Source: Selaginella moellendorffii (lineage: Eukaryota > Plantae > Lycopodiophyta). Taken from it: a stretch of 64,000 bases of DNA. Location: positions 3,406,443 to 3,470,442 of the forward strand of contig NW_003314265.1 of NCBI RefSeq assembly GCF_000143415.4. Reading direction: 5' to 3'. This document shows, in pieces, positions 14,354 to 24,639 of this stretch. The translations under genes and the position numbers were made by a program. The notes beneath the pieces were generated by a model. That model ran no database searches. It was not told the DNA's origin and saw nothing but the letters and a program-made list of their open reading frames with translations. Every line of letters starts with the position of its first letter. Positions within the stretch are counted from its first letter, which is position 1.

Positions 14354-14611
14354 CTAAGCGCTAGTGGACACCTCTTTTTTGGTACTCTCAGCGGTACTAT
14401 CATCCTTCTCCAGGTCAGTTGTTTTGCTTTGGATTGTTGTCTCTGACGTTACTGGGGCGTTCTCGATAGTTGTTAATGTTGCCATTTGTTCAGAAAAATG
14501 ATCACCTGGAGTATAGTACGGGGAGTTTAGAAGACTTATATATTCTACATCTTCACCTATCTCCTTCTCCGTCTCCTTTTCTGCCTCACTTACAGATTTT
14601 GTGCTTGCCAT
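14354..14611 (-). CDS. Small (about 85 aa) unknown protein, SPYYTPG/NAPVTSETT family; homolog at 49631-49879
   Basis: Open frame from ATG 14611; clear protein-level similarity to the ORF inside the MULE. Confidence 0.55.
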   Translation of the reverse strand: MASTKSVSEAEKETEKEIGEDVEYISLLNSPYYTPGDHFSEQMATLTTIENAPVTSETTIQSKTTDLEKDDSTAESTKKEVSTSA

Positions 14612-15324
14612 GAGAACGCTCTTCACCCTAAAATATGGAGTTCGTTGTGTTATAAAAGGAAACCAACACACACGCTGCAAGGGAATGATGGTACATAAAG
14701 CATGTAAGCCCACAATATGGGTTTATGTGCCATTAATATGGGCCACATGCCATATTATTAGATTTATGCACGTGTGATTGGTAAATGCATATGTCACATC
14801 ATCTTTGTTTTACCTCACACACTATATCAGGCCTAATGAACCATATCACATGTGTGCACATGCTATATATATGGAGAAGTATTATGCAAGGATAGAAAAA
14901 TTCAATGCATGATTGTGGAGAGCAATGGCATGAAGCCACATGCTAAATAACATTTTAGAGAAAAAATTAAAATAGAAACATGCAAACAGTACTGAGTGGA
15001 CCAAGACTTAGAAGTGCACAATTGAATGAGGTATTTCTAATAAATATCTCACTCACCTCATATAGGAATGGCTACCACTCTCAAATGGCGTATCGCCTCA
15101 TGCCATCACCTCGCAATTTGTTATAACAATCCGATGAATTCATATTCGGCTTGTTCACCTTGAACTTTAAGTAAGATTTGCTAGAACAACTAAGAATTTA
15201 TACTTGTTATTTGTATCATCTCACCTAGGAATGGCATAAGGCCACATGCCATCACGCCTCCTCTGATTCAGATTCGGATTGTTCACCTTGAAATAAAATA
15301 CATTAGAAACTTAGTAAAGGAATA

Positions 15325-18150
15325 TTAATGAATCTCACCTTGAACCCGGGTTATAAATGCTCTTGCTGCATCTCTTGCATGGTCTGGCAAGGTGATGGTG
15401 GCACTCTGCTTCCGCATCCAACCATGCACAACATTATCCACCGATATGCTCATGCTGGGATCCCTTGGATTCAGCACCCATCTCTTTTCTAGGCAATCCT
15501 TCGTATATCCGGAACTTGGTTTGAACCACTCCACAGTTACATTGAAGGAGTTAGTTTCCGCGTCCTCCTCTGCATCAGTGATGCAGCGCCCCACCCATAT
15601 CATTTGTTTTTTATTACTAGGTCTGACAAGCACGACCATTCCTTTGCAGACCTGTACTAGATTGAATGCTGAATCCGGCTTCTTGTTCCTCGGCCCACAA
15701 TAGTGATCCTCAACATCGTTATCTGTCACTGCATTTCCAGAGGACATTGTTCCACTACTATCTGGTGCTCTGGGTTCTGGCCAAAAGGACTCTTCCAATT
15801 CTTCATATACAACCGGCCCATTTTGGATAGTAGATATAATCTTCTCCCAGTATTCGAGCAAAGGCTTGCACCTTTGAAAATAGGATTCTCCACCAAACAC
15901 CAACCCCCTCTTCCAGAAGGCAATATGCTATCTAATCCCGGCCACTATACTTTCCTGGTCTTTGAGTCCATCCGGGTGCATCGGCCGTGGGGAACCCTGA
16001 GGAATCATAGGTTCCCCAGTTATGGGATCTCTCTTGAAGAGTTCAATGCCGTCCACTGGCAGCCACACTGTGTCCCATTCTCTCATCTTGTACCTCATCA
16101 CTGGAGCACCGTCACGCATGCTGAAATGAAACTGAAGAGGCTTGGAGTGGCCAATCAACGTTTCGGATCCGTCCCTGATGTAGCCTCTTACAAACCCCTT
16201 AAATTTTGGAACCTCTGTCACAAGTGCAGCTTCAACAGTGCCTTTGATGTAATTTTCGAATTCATCGTAGAGTTGTGGGAGGGTGAGGACATTGGATCGC
16301 CGGAGGGACTCTGCCAGGTGATTGAACATGGCATCGACGTCTTCATGAGTGTGCCCAACCATGAGAAAGCCAAGTGTAACCGTTTCAAATATGCCTTTAG
16401 CAACAAGCATCGCCAAGTACGCGAAGACGTACATGTTTTTGTTCTCACTGCCAGCATTGTCTGTTTGGAGCAAAAGATGGGGTGGAAGGCCACATCGGCC
16501 GCAAGAACTTCCTTGAGATTCTGCTTCGTTTGGATGAGGCTGTGCATTCACCGAGCGACCAGCCTCATCGGAATGGCATGAGGCCTCACATGATAACCCT
16601 ACAATCTGACGGCCAACATATTCACTGGGATGGCATGGGGCCCCACCTGATACTGCAAGCCTTTGCTCCTCCTCCAGCTGAACCCTGTATGGGGTTTGAT
16701 CGACAAGGGCCTTATGCAAGGGTTGGCCGTTCAGCTCAGTCTGCACACTTTGCAGAGACCTTAAGTGTTTTGCTAGGAACGCAATCATCATGTTTGCACC
16801 CCCGCCACCCCATAAAGGTACAAAGAAGTTCCCATAGTTCTGGGCACCATGCCCATGAGCGATTATGCCAAATAGAGACACAGGCAGCTGCATGGATGAA
16901 GAGATTGCCTTGGGGGCAGGATTGAGTCGAGGTAAGCACGTCTTTTTCTGGTCCATTTTGTCGTGGATGATGCAGAGGTAAGAGTCAGGTCTCTCCATGG
17001 AGAGAATCCTGTTATGATAATATGCAGTCCTGCAGCTTCTCTGCTCGATGTTGTGGTCGAGCCGCCTTCTAACCAACGTCTCTCGCTCTTGAGCGATGCA
17101 AGAATTCTTCGACAAAGCCATTTTGATAGCAGTGCACTCGTCACACTTTGAAAAGCTGGAGTACTTTCTTATACTCACATCCCTGAACCTGTTGCTCCAC
17201 AATCTACTAAATCTAGATTGGCTCAGCTTCTTGTAGCCATTACTCTAGAGTTCCCGATTCACATCTTCCAATATGGCCCCCTTGGTATACATGGAAGGGA
17301 GAACTTGTTGGGTGTCTCATGTTCCATCTTCCAAGAGGCGGGTTTTATGTGGTTGCTGCTTGCTACATGTCTCGACAAACCTCTTGAAGATTGCCTCTCC
17401 ATATACAACATGACCCCTGGTTTTGTGAGTACCGTCGTTCCCATGGACTGCCTGTTGAACCCTTTGTTCCTCGAACTCAGTTTTGATTCTGTAGAATGTG
17501 GTTCAAGGGACTCCATAAATGATTCTCCATGCCTTCATGTAGACCAAACCCCTCTGGAAGACCATGCCCCCCACCTGATGTTCTGAAGCATCAACAGATG
17601 ACCGTAATGCCTCATACACAAAATTGCGAGCTACCTTCCAGGACAATGTCTTGTATCTTGCTCTCTCCTCTTCAATAGCATCCCAATCAGCATGTTGACA
17701 GCACCTCCTCTTGCAACAAGCAACTGTCGAGACCATTCGAACCTCCATCGCCATTTTCTGCCTTTTCGGTTCGTTGCTCAGATCCCTTTGGCTACGCTTT
17801 AGGAAGGTGTACTTTTTTTTCCCATGAGGAGATGTTCTGTCATTAGTTGTAGTGGTGTTTGATTGTGAATCCTTCACATTCTCAAACACTAAGTGCCTCA
17901 ATTTCCACCACACAATGCTTCCAATAGTCAGACTGTTTTCTTCTGTGTCAACAACCTCTAAAATCGCAACTCCAATATCATCCCAGCCCAATTCTTGATT
18001 AGCAACCGCATCTCTTGGATCGACAACTGTGGCTAAGCCCTCAGCTACCACCTCCCCCTCGAGGTTATTTGGAAACACCTTTGCCTGAATCCATGTAGCA
18101 CGGTTCTTAAGATCCACGGAGGGAATATGCGTCGCACTTGCGGAGGCCAT
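15325..18150 (-). pseudogene. Sola/DUF7869-like DDD transposase (about 940 codons, three in-frame stops)
   Basis: ORFs 17503-18150, 15928-17202 and 15325-15903 share one frame, with stops at 17503, 17245 and 15928. Motifs: KCDEC, IIHDKMDQ, LLLQTDNAGSENKN, FLMVGHTHEDVDAMF. Confidence 0.8.
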
Positions 18151-20384
18151 TCTGAAAGTGCAGAAAAGAAGTTAAGACCATATAAAAAATGATTGGAGAA
18201 TGGCCTAAATCATAACATACCAAACAACCTCAATAGCATAAGGCCACATGCTATTAACACCCACGTGAAATTTCGCATTCACAAAATTGGCATGAGGCCT
18301 CATGCCATCTTGATAAACACACAGCTACATGCAGGTAAAGAAACTATTGGCAATATGCTAGTGATGAACTTGCAAGCCCCAAGATGGCATGAGCCCTCAT
18401 ACCATTAGTGGTACCGTAGCGCCGCTCGCACCACTGCAACTGCTCGTAGCGCCGCTCGCACAAACTGCCATTCGCATAAACTGCCGCTCGCAATGGCGCT
18501 CGCAATGCCGCAACCGCTCGTAGACGCATAAACCACAGCTCACAACGCCGCTTACACAAGCAGCGCTCACTGCACTCAGTGGAACCAAGAACATGGCGCA
18601 CAAAAATGATAGACCTAGGAATGAGTTCGAGAATTCAAAAATAACACACGCTTGAACATCACATCAAATCCTCTGACAAACTAGATCTTATGATTCCTTT
18701 GACAAATTTCAAACTGAGTAGCTTCTAGACTTTGCTGTCGAACGTTGAACTTTGTCACATCATGTCCTTGCCTCGATCCAGCTGTGCCATGTCAGTGATT
18801 CGAACTTTGCCATGCCATGTCAACGATCCGCGCCAAGATTATTCGCCGTGTAAAGGAATAATTATGCTGTGTGTATACGTCCATTTATGGCAATATAAGG
18901 CCACACGCCATTCAAAGAATAATGCTAGTCGAGCATTTTTTGGTGCATTTTTGGGTTCAAAATTGCATGAGCCCACACGCTATAAAGTTTACCTGTACCA
19001 AAAATAGAAACAGCTTTATTTACTTGGGAATTTAAGTGGTTGAGGCATTTTTAAACTTACAAACACATGCCCTACTTACATTCCTTTGGTTGCTTAAAAT
19101 TCAAAAACATTAAAAACCTTTCTTTTTGCATTTTCAATGTTTTCAATTATGGTTTTTGATTTTCGCAGGACCAGCCTAGTAATCTATTTGCATCCCGTCA
19201 AGTTTATAGCTAGCTTTCATTTGTCCCCTTCGCTAGCCTGAGATACATTTGCTCGGCATCTGCCTCTTACAGGATTTGCCCAGAAAGTGCATCTTTCTTC
19301 ACGCAGCATTTGCCACATGTTTAGGGTTTAGGGTTTAGCAATTCAGTAGCTTGATAAACATGCAAATACAGAACTTGATGCAAAATCCTTTCATATGTCA
19401 CAATGCCCCTAGGACCATAAACACATTTCAATAGAGAGGGTCCTTTCATTTCATAACTCCTTACGTAGATCTTGGTGAAACCAGAGTTAGTGAAGTTGGT
19501 TTCTTGTGATCCCGCATCTGATTGTGATGTCCCTTTGCAGTGTTGATGGAAAGGTCAATGCACACCAAACTATAGAATCTTAGAGCAAAGTAACGGTCGG
19601 ATCTATGGCAAATGCCCCTGAAACATTGTAAGGCTCGTGTGGTCTCATGTGGTGTCCGATCGAGATGCTTCTTTGCAGGGTCATCAAGAAGGACATTGTA
19701 TACCATTCTTTATTTAGTTGAACATCTGGCATTTTTGGAAATACAAGATGCTTTGGAATATCCAATCATGCATGGTATAAATATAGCGAGGGTATTAAAT
19801 GATATCCCAATCATGATCTTTCTTTTGGATTTCGCGTGCATGCAGTCTGAGGAATGATGACGTTGCGGATTTCTTTTGGATTTCACATGCATGCATGCGC
19901 GCGGCGATCCAGAAATTAATGGTGGCGCCCAAGTCCGAGGAATGATGACGTTGCGGGATTACCAACCGTCGTGACATTTCGCGCGTGTGATGTTAGGTTT
20001 TGCATTTTGCTTCGTACTCGCGCTCGCACACTCGCGCTCACATCGCGCTCCCACTCGCGATCACGCTCACATTCGCGCTCATCTACCTTCTCTACAGGTT
20101 TCTCGTGTGCATCGGCGTCCACTCGCGCTTGCATCACACTCGCGCTCGCATCGCGCTCGTGTGCATCGGCGTCCACTTCAAGACACACCCAGTTTGTAAC
20201 TTCGCCGCCAACTCCGCTGCCCACTCCGCCACCCACACGCAGCCCACTCGGCGTCCCGGGAGATTTCAGCGCCACTCTCCAACTGTAAGTGGCAGAGTAG
20301 CCTTGCTGCTACGATCCGCTGCACACACAGTGCACATTTGCCAGCGAGTCCGGCCTCGATTGTCACGCCTCCATTCGGCTTCAA

Positions 20385-23035
20385 ATGGTAAGTCTTTTAG
20401 GCCAAGTAGAAAATGGCATGAGGCCACATGCCATTCAGTAGCAACATTGGCATGCACCGATTGGGCTCTCAAATGCAGTCCGATTACAGATGGCGTGTAG
20501 CCTCACGCCATCTTAGGATGCAGCCTCAAGACATCTGATGCAGTGGTGAATGGCATGTGACCTCATGTTATTTTCAGCTGCTAGCTTTTCATCTGTCAGC
20601 TCTAATTGTTGTGCATTTCTAAACAGGCGAGGAATTGCGTTCTTCTTCCAGCCACTGTCAATGTGGATGCAGAGAAGGGGGAGGAGCTCATCAGTTGGAC
20701 TTTCGGGATGGAAGGCGAGGATCTGAGGCTGTACAACACAAATGGTGGGAGAAAAGAATGCATGGGGATCATCATCCAAGTGACAGACACTCCATGCAGT
20801 TCCATGCAAGAATATGGACTAGCACTTGTGGTAGAGACAGCGTCCGCCTTCAAGATCCACCTTGCACATCCCAGCAGCTTTCCGGAGGGGGGCAGCGGCT
20901 ATGAGGAATTCCTAGAGGGAGCTAGGGAGAGGTTGTCTAGGAGGCCCACAATTTCAAAGACGCTATGGGTCTATGAAGATCACATCGAATCCACGGACCT
21001 CACCTACGGCGATGTTCAAAAACTATATTCCAACATTGAGCCGTTGAGAGTGACTCCAGTTCGCGAAGCGAAGGGGAAGGGGGTCGATCTGGAAACTACC
21101 CCGAAGCAGAAAAGGGTGGTCAAGCTCAAGCCGACGTCCGACTCTCCTGCTCCAAAAAAGAAGCTACTCGGTGATGCCATTGCCTCGGGTTCGAACACTA
21201 CACCGATGGCCAGCCTGAGGTGGCCAAAGAGCAGCGGAGGAAGGTCATACAAGACAAACCATCAGGTAAATAATAGTACATCCATTCCTAACCTTTTACC
21301 ATTTCTAATATTGTCCATGTAGGTCGCAGAGCAAATGGTAAATAGAGATTATTCAGTTGAATTAAGATACAAACTCTAGCCTTTAGTGTCGAGGAAGGAT
21401 AGTGCCAAGCAAAGGTCAAAACGTATGTCCAATCCTTCAGAATCAGCAGTGCGCCCAAGTGATATCGGTCTTAGTTCCTCAATAGCAGTTGATGGTAAAT
21501 ACAGTATAGTCGATTCAATGTGCTAATGAGTTTGTTTTTAGTAGCACGGGAGGATACCATCTCAATCGAAGGGAGATATTTGGACATGCATATGGATCCG
21601 CCAGTGGACTCTACTTGCCTGCAAGAGTCATCAGAGCTGGTGGAGGCTACTATCCATATCAACGCCAAGCAAGCTGACCACGCTCCACTTGATGCTGCCC
21701 ATACCACTGAGTCAATCTTGTCCACGTATCCAATTGATGGTGACCAGGCACCATTGGACCCGCATGAGGCCACCCCAGCCGCCGAGCCGGTCGTATCCTC
21801 ATTTCCAACGGACTCAACGTGTGCCCAATCGTCTGACTACGCACCGTTGGAACCTCCCTACACCGCCCCTGCTGCCTGTTCGGTCATGTCCACTTTGCCA
21901 ACGGAGGCACTAGCTGAAATGGCGTGTGATCACACGCCATCGAAACCACCCCATCCCACTGTTGAGCCAGTTGTACCAGAGTCTACAGCTGAAATGGCAT
22001 GTGCCCACACGCCATCGGATGCGATTGACCCCATATTGCAGAGGAGAGTATTTCCGCCCTTCACGTTTCCTCGACCAAAACCCTCTCAACAACCATTGGG
22101 AGCACCATTCGCTAATATTGTAGATGGTAAAATTGACTTGTACCATTTTTTATGCTGATGCATTTCATTTTAGAGTCACGGCGAAGGTACTGTATTGTTT
22201 TTGATCTGAACGGTGTCCTTTTCTCTCATGAGCGTGGCTCGTCCTCGAATGTCACTGCACCCTCCAAAGCCTGCGGTCGCAAGTTGGTCAAAAGAGACAG
22301 ATTCACATTAATCACACGGGAGAAACTGTGGGATCTAATAATGACATGCGACACTTAAAACAGAGGGCCGGGTTCAATTTGCAATTGGGAGTTTGGACAT
22401 CCATGATGCGCCACAATGTATTAACATTGCTACAGATGATGCACGATCAGACGCGAGTAATATTACCATTTGACTTTCTCCTAACGCAGGAGGATTGCTT
22501 GACTATGGTCCATGTGAGGGGTAACAAGCCCATCTTCGTCAAGCCAGAGGCTGTAGTGATGAACCGGACTGCTAGGTCAAGTGAAATCCTCATCATCGAT
22601 GACTCGCCGATTAAAACTGCAGCGAACACGCACACATATGCAGTGCACCCCATCTCTTGCAATATGGAAACTAGGGAGAAGAAACCGTATGTTCTGGGGG
22701 ACCTTGCAAAACGGCTTGGAGCGATGGTGATAGAGAACCGGCCAGTCCAGGAGGTGGCTGCAGAAATCAACCAAATGGCAGATGGAACGGTATATCAGAA
22801 GCCATTTGATCGGACAGACACCAGTCACCATTTATGGCATGTATATTGTCTAGCCAAGCACTATCCGCATCTCCATAATCTGCTCAACCGGATGGGTTCT
22901 TCGACCACTGAACATGAGCGTGGACGTATTAGAGAAGAGATGGCATTACTATTGGGTTTAAATCCTGATAGTGTGGAGAGTGATGAAATTCCAAGATTAT
23001 TGTATCGGCGTTGGAGGCAAAAAATAACAGTTTGA
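20385..23035 (+). pseudogene. Multi-exon gene with a C-terminal FCP1/SCP(NIF)-type HAD phosphatase-like domain; one frameshift near 22350
   Basis: ATG|gtaag at 20385 and in-frame acceptor at 20627, followed by short GT-AG introns. Motifs: CIVFDLNGVLF, LGVWTSMMRHNV, LTQEDC, IFVKP, ILIIDDSPIK. Confidence 0.7.
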
Positions 23036-24239
23036 GATGGCATGTATTTATTTAAAAATGTAACTTATTATAGCATAGGGTTCCATGCCATTGTATTAAT
23101 ATTAAAAGACAATTCTTTGAGAGGATTTGCATTATACTAGAAGTGTTACAGCATGTTATTGGAAGTCTACGAAGTTGTTTTATTAATAAGGGGAAAGTAA
23201 AGATTGAATGGGGACTTGGGCTCCACCTAGACTCGGAGCAACTGAGCCAATATTAAAAGGATGGAAAGAAATTGGACGACGATGACAAGGAGAAGAGAGA
23301 GGTGAAGCAGTGGCAGGGGGAGGAGAAGTGGTTGAGTAGACATTTCCTTGTTTAAAATAAAATGGCATGTGCCTCAATGCAGTTGAATTTTGTTATATTT
23401 ATATACTATATAAAGATTTGGAAACCTTATTTTACAAGTGGGATAATGACAATTCCCACTTTAACAAAATAGAGCTTTAGTTTACAATCTATTTTTGTGA
23501 TGGATGCTCAAATCGATCTTGATGCTATTGTCACTGAGGCTATTGGTAGTAGTGCTTCTGAGGTTTTGGCTATTGATGGTGGAGCACTTGTATTTGATAT
23601 TAGTGGTGGTGGTGGGGGAGCTATGCTTTTGGCTGTTAAAGTTACTTGTGGTGAGGTAAATGAGCCTACTGAGGAAATAATTGGATCCACTACGGAAGCT
23701 ACTGGGGACATGATAGCTGCTTCTACTGCTCCTAAGGCTAGTGGTGTTGGGGGAGCTAGTAGTGGTGAGGGATTACACATGCATGATTCTAACACCATCT
23801 TGAATGATTGTGTTTGGGACACAATCACCCAAGCTCAAGAACAAACAACCAATAAAGTGTTACAAAAAATCATGGAATAACCCTCATCATTTTTTGGTTC
23901 CTCTGTGCCGGTTGGTTCAAAGTTATTGTGCGTTTAGCTTACGACCTCAATATAGCTATCTACAACTCCTTTGTAGAGGTCAAATTTAGGAGCACAACTG
24001 ATACTTTCATCATTTCACGAACTTTCCCTAGAACTGGCCGGATAGAGCTAGTGACTACTAAACTTGAGCAAAAATGAAATCCTATATAGCTGCAAAAGTT
24101 TTGTAAATTTGATGTATTCTTAGGACAATATGTGGAGCCTATAGGGTTCATTGGAAAACTATTCTGGCTTATCAATAAAAACTATTTGTGGCTAACATTT
24201 TGGAAATGCATTTAGGAGAAGTTTCAAGATGACGAAGAA

Positions 24240-24639
24240 TGACACATTCGTGTTCCAGTCACACTTGTTGAACAAATGACTCTCTAATGTGGGAAGGCCT
24301 TCTCACGCACTTGGCTGACAACAATAATAGATTTGTGGAGTTTTCATTTGACTGCCTTCTTTCGAGTATGGCAATGGATATAAAAGTCACTAGTGGGCAA
24401 AAGTAGAAGGTATGTGACTTTTTTTTATTTACAAAACAACTCTATTCTATTTTTTTTCCTAGGTTTATTCCTAGAACTACTATGCTCTATACCATGTTGG
24501 GAATTGCTATAAGGCCATATGAGTTGATGAGTGTGTTGCTCTTGCTTTACCAAGATATAATAGCTCTACAAACATCATCCCAAATGTGATTGACTTAGAA
24601 GTTCTTCACCAAGTGTTCCCTAGCTATCAACACCATTTG
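24240..24639 (+). pseudogene. Diverged remnant of the 3' exons of the ParB-MTase gene
   Basis: 24546-24632 translates LPRYNSSTNIIPNVIDLEVLHQVFPSYQH, against LPGYDSSTNIIPNLVDEQIRNTFPGYRF at about 47586-47670. An intron lies at the equivalent position (aag|gtatg...cctag|gtt). Cut by the LTR at 24640. Confidence 0.65.

Larger units (their letters stand above)
13881..24200. mobile_element. Putative large Sola/DUF7869-like DNA transposon with cargo genes; boundaries approximate
   Basis: Contains the transposase ORF, a divergent phosphatase-like gene, and a palindromic ATGGCATG-N6-CATGCCAT motif confined to this interval. No TIR or TSD identified. Confidence 0.5.

Noticed and set aside
19805-19960. 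Repeated ATGATGA as C/D-box snoRNA
   Set aside because: Part of a short local duplication; no convincing D box or terminal stem.
23497-23880. 127-aa low-complexity ORF as an additional cargo gene
   Set aside because: No recognisable motif or second copy in the window; open on both strands.
18575-23907. CTCAGTGGAACCAA / CACAGAGGAACCAA as Transib-like TIRs
   Set aside because: Short imperfect match, no TSD, and no Transib transposase between them.
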